From the IMG/VR virus record IMGVR_UViG_3300030060_002740, positions 28,414 to 92,413 of that record: DNA of 64,000 bases. The stretch is one strand, 5' to 3'. Made by a program: the position numbers and the translations under genes. Shown here one piece after another: positions 1 to 9,589 of the stretch. The DNA is from a virus. Position 1 is the stretch's first letter; each line of letters opens with the position of its first letter. Under the pieces are notes generated by a model. That model saw nothing but the letters and a program-made list of their open reading frames with translations. It was not told the DNA's origin and ran no database searches.

Positions 1-78
1 TATCTGCCAAGTGTTCGGGAACAGGCTCATCCTCTTTACCACAAAGAGTCTTTCCTAGTATTGAGAAGTGAATGTACT

Positions 79-234
79 TCACTCCTCCTCCTCCATCTTA
101 ATCTTTACATCTTTTATCTCTCTAACTAACCACTTCACAGTAGCAGAGTCAACATCTCTTCTATTGACTATGTTCAGAGCCTTTTCCAATCCTCTTAGTT
201 TACCCATGAGATAGAACTTGTAGTCAGGAGTCAA
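79..234 (-). CDS. small hypothetical protein (51 aa, TTG start)
   Basis: Read manually as MTPDYKFYLMGKLRGLEKAL...; start overlaps the stop of 231..413. Confidence 0.45.
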   Translation of the reverse strand: MTPDYKFYLMGKLRGLEKALNIVNRRDVDSATVKWLVREIKDVKIKMEEEE

Positions 235-413
235 GACATAGCCCTCCTCAATCTCTCCGGTAGAACGACTTCATTCTGACACTTATCACAACATCTACCA
301 ACTACAATCGGTTCTGCATTGTGTCCATCTGCCCAATAGGGAGTTCCATCTTCCTTGTAGTGGATATCAATGGGTTTTCCACAGATATCACATGTCTTCA
401 TCTCAATCTTCAT
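231..413 (-). CDS. small Zn-finger protein
   Basis: CDICG...HNAEP...CCDKC; overlaps neighbouring genes. Confidence 0.6.
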   Translation of the reverse strand: MKIEMKTCDICGKPIDIHYKEDGTPYWADGHNAEPIVVGRCCDKCQNEVVLPERLRRAMS

Positions 414-655
414 TCTTCTTTCCCCCTATATGCCGGATGTTTCTTTGGTAAACGGTGTAGTCTACTTGTGATTAGTTTCTGCATTTGACGAGCAATCTCA
501 CCACTTCCATCTTCCCAACGCTTTACCAATCTAGGGTACTTATCATCTTCTTTGTATTGATGTACCATCTTCTCCTCTAACTCAGACAAGTCAATCTTAT
601 CCATTAGATGTTTAAGCACTTCATACTCAACGTGAATCTTTGAACCTGCTCTCAT
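410..655 (-). CDS. hypothetical protein
   Basis: 81-aa ORF with 4-bp overlaps on both sides. Confidence 0.6.
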   Translation of the reverse strand: MRAGSKIHVEYEVLKHLMDKIDLSELEEKMVHQYKEDDKYPRLVKRWEDGSGEIARQMQKLITSRLHRLPKKHPAYRGKEE

Positions 656-1242
656 ACGTTCAACACCATCTTATCTGCAACATTCTCATTATCAATGAAC
701 CATCTTTGAATCCACTGAGAAGCAACACCTGCAATTGCAATCTGCATACAGTTCACTTGTTCAGCACTACCATCCCAATCTCCACCTTGACAGGAGAAAG
801 AACCTTCTGAACCTGCTAACAAATCATCAACTAGATTCTCGTTGACCTTGTAAGAGATTAGTGCGGCGTTTCTGCCTTGCGCTCTCAAATCTAACCACTT
901 GAGTTTAGCGTCATCACCGTATCCTTGACGGTACAACATTCTTCTTACGGCTAAGTTATCTGCACAACAGATTACCAAATCATATCCTTTCAGTTGCTTT
1001 TCGACTAAAACCAAAAAGGGCTGTTCATCTACTAATTTCAACCCATTGACCTTCAATCTTTCATTGACGGCACTTACTTTGGTTTGACCCACTGTATCGG
1101 GGATGTAGTTCTGATATGTCAGATTCTTCTCTTCTAACTTATCATCGTCAAATACTGTTATGTCGTATATTCCTATGCGGGAAAGGGAGTCAATCAAATA
1201 ACTACCAATTCCACCTGCTCCTATTATCATTATCTTTCTCAT
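652..1242 (-). CDS. ThiF/MoeB/E1-like adenylyltransferase (ubiquitin-like activating enzyme family)
   Basis: IIGAGGIGS nucleotide-binding loop, DDDKLEEKNLTYQ, GQTKV, CCADNLAVR; candidate catalytic Cys in SFSCQ. Confidence 0.85.
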   Translation of the reverse strand: MRKIMIIGAGGIGSYLIDSLSRIGIYDITVFDDDKLEEKNLTYQNYIPDTVGQTKVSAVNERLKVNGLKLVDEQPFLVLVEKQLKGYDLVICCADNLAVRRMLYRQGYGDDAKLKWLDLRAQGRNAALISYKVNENLVDDLLAGSEGSFSCQGGDWDGSAEQVNCMQIAIAGVASQWIQRWFIDNENVADKMVLNV

Positions 1243-1251
1243 TTTTATTCC

Positions 1252-2163
1252 TCAAATTACTATTGCATTTTGCATTATATCATTCAATCCATATAGATGA
1301 ATGTTCTTTCTTTCTATTCCCAACATCTCACAAATAATATCAGTGTGATTACGTAGTGTTACCTCTGATACACTGAAATGTTGCTTTACGTCTATTTGCC
1401 TTATCGGTGTGTTAGTCAGTTTACCTACCATCCACAGTGTTGTTGCTAATTGGCTATCGGCAAACCTCAAATCTCTTTCATTGTATTTGTTCTGAATAAA
1501 CTCAACGAAATTGAAGTAGTCTCTTCTATCTTTAACCGACTGATAGTTTGATTCAAACCAATCCAAGAACCCCGTCACCATGTTGTGTATATCTCTTTCA
1601 GCAAAGATATGTGACTTCCTGTAAAACTTGGCAACCTTCTTTGCTATTCTTGAAACCCTTCTCATCTCTATACCGCTTGTCTTAACAAAGTCCTTCAATG
1701 AAACATTGCCATTATCCATCAACATGAAATATGCTAAACCTGCTGCCCTGTCATCTATCGAATGCCCCCGAAATATCTGATGTTGCATTAGCCGTTGGTA
1801 TAGGTATATTACATGGTCAACGTCTATTGCATCACCACTCTTGTAAGGAGACATGAACATAACACACAAACGATGTGCTTGAGCATCGGTTTTACTATGG
1901 TACTGTTTATCTGAAACAACTCTTCTTTGAAGTTTAGATAGCATATGCTTTCTTGTCAGTATGTTCTGCTCGTTGAAATTACCGACAAATGACCCCAAGG
2001 TTCTGTTATTATCAATAGAGTGTGTAAATTCACTGTTATGTGTTGCACGAACAGTCTCCTCAAACATATCGCAATTCAAGACTAAACCACAATCAGAACA
2101 TATTGTATATCCTAATCGCTCATCGAACTCAGACGAGTTTGAACCGCACTCCGAACACTTCAT
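1252..2163 (-). CDS. tfb: transcription initiation factor IIB (TFB)-like protein
   Basis: N-terminal Zn ribbon CSECG...ICSDCGLV, then two cyclin-like repeats (IFRGHSIDDRAAGLAY; VSEVTLRN). Confidence 0.8.
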   Translation of the reverse strand: MKCSECGSNSSEFDERLGYTICSDCGLVLNCDMFEETVRATHNSEFTHSIDNNRTLGSFVGNFNEQNILTRKHMLSKLQRRVVSDKQYHSKTDAQAHRLCVMFMSPYKSGDAIDVDHVIYLYQRLMQHQIFRGHSIDDRAAGLAYFMLMDNGNVSLKDFVKTSGIEMRRVSRIAKKVAKFYRKSHIFAERDIHNMVTGFLDWFESNYQSVKDRRDYFNFVEFIQNKYNERDLRFADSQLATTLWMVGKLTNTPIRQIDVKQHFSVSEVTLRNHTDIICEMLGIERKNIHLYGLNDIMQNAIVI

Positions 2164-3476
2164 TTTGAAGCCTCCCTTTTGCGAGCGATGTATAGGTTTT
2201 CCTTCTCTCTAGTCCAAGACTTGAGTTTTGACATATCTAAACGATATTCAGGGTCTTCTCCACGTTTAACTGCTGAATCCACGTGAGTTCTTATAGTGTA
2301 TATTTGTTTAGCAGATGAAACATCATTCATCAAAGCCAATGCTCTTGCAGTTAGTTGGTCGCCAATGCTTGAGTTCCTATGGATGTTATCAATACAGATA
2401 GAACCACTAAGAGCATGTCCTTTCCAAGAACCTGATTTGTTGGCTTGACCTTCAACCATTTTACCAATCATGTATGTGTTAACATTCTGATGTCCTTGCT
2501 TCATTCCCCTTTTCTCGTCAACAACAACCCAATCTGCAACCTTGCCTCTAACAAAGAGAGCCTTGTTCAATGGATTCCTAAACTGAACTAGGCGAATCTG
2601 AGGGTATTCCGCATCCATCTCATGTAGTAACTGTGTTGCTCTATCCTCAACCATGTCCTGTTTCCTGTTTTGCATTAACCATGCTACACAGAGTTTGTTC
2701 TGAACATCAGTTGGTGGTTGACCCATAAGCAGTCTCCATAACTTAGCGGGTGTTGCTCTATACCAAACCTTAGATTTAGATTGATTGTGTCTGAAAGTGT
2801 TCAAAAACACATTCAAATCCTTTAGTGTGATAGCACCCCACACACCTTCTGAAATCTCCAAAGCACATTCATCATTGCTAATCAATTTTGTATTGATTAA
2901 CACTTCTTGTCTTGTTCCTTCACTGTAAAAGTGATAGGGTGAACGGTTCTCAATAGCATGAAGAACATTAGGTGGGAAATGTATAACCTTCTCGATGTAG
3001 TCATCCATTGTGTCTACATTACGAACAAATGCTCCCCTCATGATTATCTTAGCAAGAGTAACTGCCAAATCCTTCTTTGGTATTCTCTTACCATCTATGT
3101 GATGTTGTGTTCCCTTTCTACCGTATACAATGAAACACTCTCCATCTCTGTACTTGAATCCCATAGTACACATGTAATTGTCATTGTTGGTTTTAGGAAT
3201 GAGGTTCATTGCAACACTATCCGCAAGTATCTTCTGAACAGGATTATCGTATTTACCATGTTCTAGGGATGGTCTTGACGATTGAAGTGAAAACTCACCA
3301 AATTGATTCAGGTTACTTGGTTTGTATCTTACTCTGCTTTGACCATCAACTGTACGACTCACACCCGCTCTATACAAGGATGTAAAGTGTTTCTTCTGTC
3401 CTGTTCTGAACAAGAAACTACTTGTCACCCAACCCTTTTCGTCGCCTATTGATGGGATTCTGTATTTTATTTTCAT
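2160..3476 (-). CDS. hypothetical protein (~438 aa) with a C-terminal GSICID motif (possible E2/UBC-like domain)
   Basis: Start re-assigned to MKIKY at 3476, after a GGAGG RBS; function uncertain. Confidence 0.6.
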   Translation of the reverse strand: MKIKYRIPSIGDEKGWVTSSFLFRTGQKKHFTSLYRAGVSRTVDGQSRVRYKPSNLNQFGEFSLQSSRPSLEHGKYDNPVQKILADSVAMNLIPKTNNDNYMCTMGFKYRDGECFIVYGRKGTQHHIDGKRIPKKDLAVTLAKIIMRGAFVRNVDTMDDYIEKVIHFPPNVLHAIENRSPYHFYSEGTRQEVLINTKLISNDECALEISEGVWGAITLKDLNVFLNTFRHNQSKSKVWYRATPAKLWRLLMGQPPTDVQNKLCVAWLMQNRKQDMVEDRATQLLHEMDAEYPQIRLVQFRNPLNKALFVRGKVADWVVVDEKRGMKQGHQNVNTYMIGKMVEGQANKSGSWKGHALSGSICIDNIHRNSSIGDQLTARALALMNDVSSAKQIYTIRTHVDSAVKRGEDPEYRLDMSKLKSWTREKENLYIARKREASK

Positions 3477-3765
3477 TATTATTTTCCTCCTTTTTCCAAA
3501 ATTCTGTATCGCCATAATTGTGATGATACCAACAATCTCTTTCGATTGCTTCTGCAAGTTCTTCCATTGATTTGAAGGTTGAATGACCTCCAATAATGAT
3601 ACGTTTCATACCTCTGTAAAGATATCTGTAAGTACATTGACCCGTCTTATACAGGGTAAATTTACGATGTAGTTGCGATACTTGCGGAACGCCAATACAA
3701 CTTTCTTTCATTCTATTTTCATAGAAGACAAAATCTCTTGGTTTGATTAGTATTTCAGATTTCAC
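3418..3765 (-). CDS. hypothetical protein
   Basis: ORF between RNR and 2160..3476; probable GTG start at 3765 with GGTGGAG upstream. Confidence 0.5.
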   Translation of the reverse strand: MKSEILIKPRDFVFYENRMKESCIGVPQVSQLHRKFTLYKTGQCTYRYLYRGMKRIIIGGHSTFKSMEELAEAIERDCWYHHNYGDTEFWKKEENNNENKIQNPINRRRKGLGDK

Positions 3766-5647
3766 AAACTCCACCGGCACAGGCTAGTTCGCCTTGTAGA
3801 TTGGTGGAGTCTTCGTATTCTTTAACCTCACTCAAGTCAATTGAGTGGAGTTTACTAACGAGACTGTCGTATTCCAATAGGGTTATTTCTTCCATAGGTG
3901 CTTGTTCGTATGTACCCCCATCATAAGGTAGGAAGGCCATACCATTGTAGTATTCTCTGTTATCCCAAAGCCACTCGGTAACTCTCTTCCATTCAACATC
4001 ACGAACATACACTGTTGCTGATACGTTATGTGTATTATTTCCACGAACATGTCCAGTCTTTACCCATCCCTTTGATACTGCCTTAATCCTGTTAAGCATA
4101 CCAATAGCATCTTCATCACTACGAATTATCGCGGAAGTGTCGGGTATCTTTTGTGGGATAGTCAGCACTGCATCTCCATATGACATCCTATCGTCCTCAA
4201 TAAGTTCGGGCAGTTTCTCAACAAGATAAGGATATATTGCTTCTCCCTTGCCTATACGGATTCTTCTTGCATAGTAATATCCATACCATGCGTGAATACC
4301 ACTTGATGTACCTAACACACAACTGGTTGTTCCGGCAGGTTTGACACAAGTAGTTCTTGCTGCCGTATTAATACCAAACATTCTTGCAAATCGTTGATTG
4401 ATTATCTTAACCATATTCGCCCCATCTGATAACCACTCATCCTTTACCTTCTGACTAGCAATGCCAGTCATAGAAACACCAATCAGAGCATCCTTCTCTG
4501 TTGTTCTTTGCCATATGCCTCTAAGGTAGTGGAAGTCGGTGTATGTTGCTTGTAATGTACCCAAGAAAGATGCTGCCTCTACTCTTTGGAGGAAGTCTTC
4601 TTTTGACATTACACTCGATACGTTCACTTCACACAAATTACAAAATTGATAGGGTCTAAGTGCTATCTCACAACAGGGGTTAGTTCCCCAATCCTTGTCG
4701 TTGGATAGGTAAATACCGGGTTCACCGCTACCACTCTTTTCTATCTTCTTCATCAAAGACTTGAATGTGTCTTTGTCTAACTTATGGCGTAGTAGAACTG
4801 CTGAATTGTTTGCTCTACCTCTTTGTGGGTTTAGTTCCCACCAACTTCCTGATTTGCATAGAGCCATCTCTTCATCATCAGCACTGAATAGGCTGATTAA
4901 CGCTGCTCTGCGAATACCACCTGCTAAAACTGAATCAGCAATATGACAAACCATATCGTGAACTTGTATGGATGTCATCTTGTGACCATTAGGCATATCT
5001 CTCAACATACCTTCAATGATAGTAAGGCATATTCTAAGTGGTTCAGGACCGGGTGCTTTTCCTCCACTTGTCTTCAGTCTTGCACCCTTTGCTCTTATGT
5101 CTGAATAATCGAATCTTGGGCTTGCAGTTCTCTTGCCAGTATAACTGTTGAAAAGAACCTTAATTGCGTCAGCCCAACCTTCTATTGAATCTTGAATCTT
5201 ATATCTGTAAGTTCTATCAGATAGTGGTTGTTGAATATGTGGTAGTTTAGCCACATGATGTCTCTGAACAGAATAACCTACACCTGTTCCACCTAATAGT
5301 AAGAACATTGCTTCACTGAAAGATGTAATGTTATCAATTGGCATGTACGCACAATTGTATATTCTGTTCGGAGACAATTCAACTGGTTTACCTGCGAATT
5401 GCATTGACCTCATTGAAGGCAATACTTTCTTAGTCATCACAAAGTTATCATATACATAGTGTATCTGTTTTTCAACAACAGTTCTGTTTGTCTGACTAAT
5501 TGGAAGTGCCTTAATATGCTTAAGGTGCATATCTCGGTTCCTGTTACATATCTCTTCCCAAGTTTCCTTCCTTTCTTCTGCTTCGTTCCATTTTGCGTAT
5601 TTGGTATTAACCACTATTTCTGATAATACTTCATTTCCTAATTTCAT
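3755..5647 (-). CDS. nrdJ: class II (adenosylcobalamin-dependent) ribonucleotide reductase
   Basis: PSMRSM, YNCAY, LLGGTGVG, GGIRRAALI, TNPCCEI active site, CVKPAGT, C-terminal CAGGVC redox pair. Confidence 0.93.
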   Translation of the reverse strand: MKLGNEVLSEIVVNTKYAKWNEAEERKETWEEICNRNRDMHLKHIKALPISQTNRTVVEKQIHYVYDNFVMTKKVLPSMRSMQFAGKPVELSPNRIYNCAYMPIDNITSFSEAMFLLLGGTGVGYSVQRHHVAKLPHIQQPLSDRTYRYKIQDSIEGWADAIKVLFNSYTGKRTASPRFDYSDIRAKGARLKTSGGKAPGPEPLRICLTIIEGMLRDMPNGHKMTSIQVHDMVCHIADSVLAGGIRRAALISLFSADDEEMALCKSGSWWELNPQRGRANNSAVLLRHKLDKDTFKSLMKKIEKSGSGEPGIYLSNDKDWGTNPCCEIALRPYQFCNLCEVNVSSVMSKEDFLQRVEAASFLGTLQATYTDFHYLRGIWQRTTEKDALIGVSMTGIASQKVKDEWLSDGANMVKIINQRFARMFGINTAARTTCVKPAGTTSCVLGTSSGIHAWYGYYYARRIRIGKGEAIYPYLVEKLPELIEDDRMSYGDAVLTIPQKIPDTSAIIRSDEDAIGMLNRIKAVSKGWVKTGHVRGNNTHNVSATVYVRDVEWKRVTEWLWDNREYYNGMAFLPYDGGTYEQAPMEEITLLEYDSLVSKLHSIDLSEVKEYEDSTNLQGELACAGGVCEI

Positions 5648-5810
5648 TTCTCTCCCTCTCTTGAGTGTGTTGATAAGGGCTTCTCACCCTCTTGGCATCT
5701 TACCCGATACTAGGATTATGTAGGCTTAACCTAAGCCTAATAATAGTTACCACTTGTGCATATAAATACCCACAAATGGGTTACGTGTTTCGACATTGTT
5801 ACTTGCTTAT

Positions 5811-6014
5811 TTAGCAAGAGCCGCCGACGATGGCAGGTACAAGGTTAACGGAATCAACGGCTGACCAATCAATGCTTGTCACATTTTCTCGGCTTACCAT
5901 ATCTCCATCAACATACACCCAATGAGTTGGGTGGTCTGCTATCTGCTCAATCATCTCAGCACTGGTTACTTCCAGTTCTGTGTGGCCTGTTTCATTCAAT
6001 ATTCTCAGTTTCAT
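5811..6014 (-). CDS. ubiquitin-like (beta-grasp, SAMP/ThiS-like) protein with GG plus a 2-aa extension
   Basis: 67 aa; WVYVDG and C-terminal VNLVPAIVGG-SC, typical of ThiS/MoaD/SAMP ends. Confidence 0.7.
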   Translation of the reverse strand: MKLRILNETGHTELEVTSAEMIEQIADHPTHWVYVDGDMVSRENVTSIDWSAVDSVNLVPAIVGGSC

Positions 6015-6041
6015 TCTTATTACCTCTGTTATGTTTTTTTT

Positions 6042-6284
6042 CTACTGTTGTAGTTGTTGTTGTTGTACCGCAATCGTCTTGTTGAGTTCTTGGACTCTGC
6101 CCGAAAGGACATTGATTGTTTGCTCATAGTGAGCGCACAACGCCATGTACTGCTGCAACTGGCTTATCGCCTGTTGTGCAGTCTGTTGGAGTTGAGCGTT
6201 GTTTGCTTGCATTGCCGCAAGAACCTCACTCGCATCCGACTCTTCTTCTGTTTGCTTTACTTCTGTTTCTTTTTTCTTACTCAT
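6042..6284 (-). CDS. Gln-rich coiled-coil protein
   Basis: Heptad-like LQQTAQQAISQLQQ...; 80 aa. Confidence 0.6.
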   Translation of the reverse strand: MSKKKETEVKQTEEESDASEVLAAMQANNAQLQQTAQQAISQLQQYMALCAHYEQTINVLSGRVQELNKTIAVQQQQLQQ

Positions 6285-6288
6285 GTTT

Positions 6289-7455
6289 TCATCTCCTCTC
6301 GTTTAACAGTGCGTCAATAAACTTAGATGCACTCTCTTTTGTTAGCGAGTCTGTTTCTCCTTCATAGCCCAATCTTCGTAAGTACCTAACTTGCTTCTCA
6401 GTAGCAGGTGTCTCCTCCGCAGTATTGGCAGTATTGTCTGTAAAGAGTATACGCTTTAGGGTTTCGGATTGTTTCTCTGTTGGTTCTGCACCACGAATGA
6501 ATCTCCTTTTCATATCTCTGAGGAAGTTCCTTTCCCATCTGTTAGAGCCATCTTCATGAGAATCAAACACTGGTAGTCCAAAGTAAAGACAGGCTTCAAG
6601 GAACTTACGCTCCCTCCAATCTTCTTCCATAAGACCACGCATCTTATCCTTAATCTCCAAGTCAAGAGTCTCCAAGAACACCTTTCTATCCTCAATATAC
6701 TTGTCTTCAACTTCAATCTGTTTTAGATAGTCGTCAATCAGTATAGAGAACAAATCCATATCTTTCAGAAGTTTATCATTAGGATACCCTCTTGTGTTAA
6801 TCTGAGCCTTCTTGTTGTCGGGATGATTCCATCTCCAAACAATAGAAGCCATCTTGTAATCTTCTCGACCAAACTTACCCGAACCAGTTTTCCTGATGTA
6901 TGTTACAGGGCGATACTCTTTCAATTCGTCATCATAGTATTGTTTACCTGTCTGCCTTACATTCAACCTCAAGTCCAAGTCTTTGATTTCATCGAATAAC
7001 TCAGTGAAACCATCACCATTCTCAATCCACCACGCTTCTTTGATTAGAGTTTCAACTGCTTGCTTTTTCCATTGCTCAATCTTTTCCTCTGTAATAGCGG
7101 ATAGTGGCATGTTCAAGGTTTCAGCCATGTGTCTGAGAACCATCCAGTTGTTGATACAGGTTGAACCTACAATCTCCAATGTTCCATTCTCAGTGTTCTC
7201 AATCTCAAAGTTGTAAACAATGTCCTTACCACAAAGACAGTGATGTGGATGATTGCTTGGGTGATTCTCGATAATGTGTCTATGAGTTCCATAGATGGTC
7301 TTACGCCAAACTCTACCTGTTATCCTCCATTCCTTCTTTGCCTCTTCGTAGTTGTCTGATACAGACAAATCAAGAAGCCTTCTTGTTAGTGCCGGATAGT
7401 GGTGACTTGTTTCAGCAGTGTTATCTACCATTTGTATATCACTAATACCATTCAT
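6289..7455 (-). CDS. hypothetical protein with a Cys/His Zn-binding motif and a C-terminal PATEKQ...LTKESAS helical motif
   Basis: HCLCGKDI...VGSTCI; 388 aa. Confidence 0.65.
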   Translation of the reverse strand: MNGISDIQMVDNTAETSHHYPALTRRLLDLSVSDNYEEAKKEWRITGRVWRKTIYGTHRHIIENHPSNHPHHCLCGKDIVYNFEIENTENGTLEIVGSTCINNWMVLRHMAETLNMPLSAITEEKIEQWKKQAVETLIKEAWWIENGDGFTELFDEIKDLDLRLNVRQTGKQYYDDELKEYRPVTYIRKTGSGKFGREDYKMASIVWRWNHPDNKKAQINTRGYPNDKLLKDMDLFSILIDDYLKQIEVEDKYIEDRKVFLETLDLEIKDKMRGLMEEDWRERKFLEACLYFGLPVFDSHEDGSNRWERNFLRDMKRRFIRGAEPTEKQSETLKRILFTDNTANTAEETPATEKQVRYLRRLGYEGETDSLTKESASKFIDALLNERR

Positions 7456-7697
7456 TGTAAATCCAACCGCTCGTTGTTCCTCTGTTCTTTCAAGAATCCA
7501 TCAAGGAGATGGTCTATCTTACCATAAAGTGCTTCAGGTAGACCACCTATTGTTTTTCTGTTCAGCGATAGCCAAATCAAAAAACGTGTGTTAAGTATTA
7601 CCTTAACTTCATCATTCTCATTCATCGTTATTACCATAGGTGGCATTTCTTCATCAGTTACCATCCTAAATTCTACATTACTTTCTTGTTTTATCAT
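7452..7697 (-). CDS. hypothetical protein
   Basis: 81-aa ORF with a 4-bp overlap. Confidence 0.55.
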   Translation of the reverse strand: MIKQESNVEFRMVTDEEMPPMVITMNENDEVKVILNTRFLIWLSLNRKTIGGLPEALYGKIDHLLDGFLKEQRNNERLDLQ

Positions 7698-7792
7698 TTT
7701 TATTCCTCTTTATTCATCGTGTTCAAATCTGTCGCCAGTTGTCCATTTTAGTGGGTTGGCTATTCTATACAGTGTTCCTAATATTCCTAACA

Positions 7793-8014
7793 TTATATTC
7801 TTCCTCCTTCATCTATCAGTTCTTTTATTATGCCATCCATTGTTACCATGATGACGTGCATCGCGTCTTCCAAAATCTGCTTCCTTACAGGTTTCAGTTC
7901 GGGAAGACCCTCGTATCCTTCTACCATATCATTGAAGCCATTCTTCATCTTCTCGATGTTAATTGCAATCTCTTCGTAGATATCCAACTTTCTAGGTTCA
8001 GGCATAATGCTCAA
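7793..8014 (-). CDS. hypothetical protein
   Basis: 73-aa ORF in the operon. Confidence 0.55.
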   Translation of the reverse strand: MSIMPEPRKLDIYEEIAINIEKMKNGFNDMVEGYEGLPELKPVRKQILEDAMHVIMVTMDGIIKELIDEGGRI

Positions 8015-8486
8015 CCTCAGTGTGTAGTTGTTTGAATCTGTGTCTCATTTTCTCCATGTTGTTCTTCGTGCAAGCGGTAACAAAGTTCTGACCACCACGA
8101 AGGAAAATAACCAACTTGAAGTATTTCTTCTCCTCTTTACCATTCATTTGATTCTTGAATAAGTTAGAAAGAGACTCTGTTTCCTTCAAGGTTGACCACG
8201 TAAAAGCCTGAATATCATTTAGGTTAACAATCCCGTTTATGAATCTGATATACTGCTTCTTCGGGTGTTCCATAACCTCTTGCTGAGAGGCTACGGTAGT
8301 AATATTTTGTTCTTCATCAATCCCATGCAAACGAAAGAAGTCATCTTCTGCGAGGCACAAACAAGGTTCTTGTTCATGTTCTCCCCATTTGTTTTGGAAT
8401 ACTTTTATCCCCGTTCCTGAGCAAATACGACAAGTGGAAACTTTTGCTGCGTTTTTATTTTCATTAACTTGTTTATTTCTAATCAT
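7998..8486 (-). CDS. hypothetical protein with CxxCxGxG...CxC Zn motif
   Basis: CRICSGTG...EPCLC. Confidence 0.55.
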   Translation of the reverse strand: MIRNKQVNENKNAAKVSTCRICSGTGIKVFQNKWGEHEQEPCLCLAEDDFFRLHGIDEEQNITTVASQQEVMEHPKKQYIRFINGIVNLNDIQAFTWSTLKETESLSNLFKNQMNGKEEKKYFKLVIFLRGGQNFVTACTKNNMEKMRHRFKQLHTEVEHYA

Positions 8487-8710
8487 TTTATTACTTCCAT
8501 TTATTTCTATTATGAATATAATTCAAATAAACTACTTTGTGTAAATTCTTTACGCTGCTTAAATAATCTGGACAGAAAATAGGGCATTGTCAGAGTTTTT
8601 TACATCAAGTTGTTTATTTTGGTCGGGGAGTGATATGCGGGAGAGAGCAACGTCTACTTTGGGAGAATCTCACTCATTACCGTAGCAAACCGACACGAAT
8701 ATACATTCAA

Positions 8711-9241
8711 TCAGTAATTAACCGCCATTTGTGTGTACCACTCAGGCGGATAATGAGGCCACTTCCAAGAAGCGAACCATTTCTTATCATGTATGTAGTA
8801 GGCACGATACTTTTCGACAACTGAAAGGTCATCGAAATTCTCAACCTTTTGCCTACATAGTTGGTTGTGGGATATTGCAACTGCAAAGGGCGTTAGCCCA
8901 ATATCAGGAAGCATTTCCTCAACCTTATCGAAAACATCGGAATACTCTTCCAATGTCATTGCGACTTTGTGTGTGTTACCAGTGTACCAGTAACGTTTTG
9001 CGTATGTGTCAAGCAATCCTTCAAGATGGCTTCTCAACCACTGGAAGTTCTGTCTTGTTTCTCTTGCCCAAATAGTGCAAGGATGGTTTAACATTATGGG
9101 GTCATAAGGACTATCCAAACCTAAGTGGTCTGCAATAGTGGACATCATCTGCATTGATTCAAGTGGCATCTTCACGGAATGTTTGTCTATTACCAAACTT
9201 GCCGCTACTTTAGGGTCTTCGTCAAGGATGAATATGTTCAC
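8711..9241 (-). CDS. pyrimidine-dimer DNA glycosylase / endonuclease V-like protein
   Basis: MNIFILD, DKHSVKMPLESMQM, NHPCTIW and YRAYY motifs of the phage DenV-like family. Confidence 0.75.
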   Translation of the reverse strand: MNIFILDEDPKVAASLVIDKHSVKMPLESMQMMSTIADHLGLDSPYDPIMLNHPCTIWARETRQNFQWLRSHLEGLLDTYAKRYWYTGNTHKVAMTLEEYSDVFDKVEEMLPDIGLTPFAVAISHNQLCRQKVENFDDLSVVEKYRAYYIHDKKWFASWKWPHYPPEWYTQMAVNY

Positions 9242-9567
9242 TCTTCCTCACCTGCCATTGCATCAATATAATTCATACGAAGTGCCTCCTCAAGACTCTT
9301 TATTCTCTTGTCCATTGCAATTAAGACAGAACGAACAGAGTCGAATTTAGCATCGTATTCATCTATCTTATTATCATAAGACTTCATCATCTTATCAACG
9401 AACTTTGCCTTCTTCTCAATCTTAGCATCAACCGCTCTCCTGTTTCTGGAAACACCAGAATCGCAGTCGTGACAAAACTTGAGATGACTTGTGTTAGTTC
9501 TAACATAGAATTGCTTGTTGCATCTATGTCCATCTTTCATTACTTTCTGACAATATTTGTAAGGCAT
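9238..9567 (-). CDS. Zn-finger plus coiled-coil protein
   Basis: YCQK...RC...FCHDC followed by a helical region. Confidence 0.6.
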   Translation of the reverse strand: MPYKYCQKVMKDGHRCNKQFYVRTNTSHLKFCHDCDSGVSRNRRAVDAKIEKKAKFVDKMMKSYDNKIDEYDAKFDSVRSVLIAMDKRIKSLEEALRMNYIDAMAGEEE

Positions 9568-9589
9568 TATTATTTCTCTCCATTCTCAT

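Noticed and set aside
5648-5810. Cobalamin riboswitch upstream of nrdJ
   Set aside because: Only short hairpins are present (e.g. TAGGCTTA/TAAGCCTA); no B12-box consensus is recognisable.
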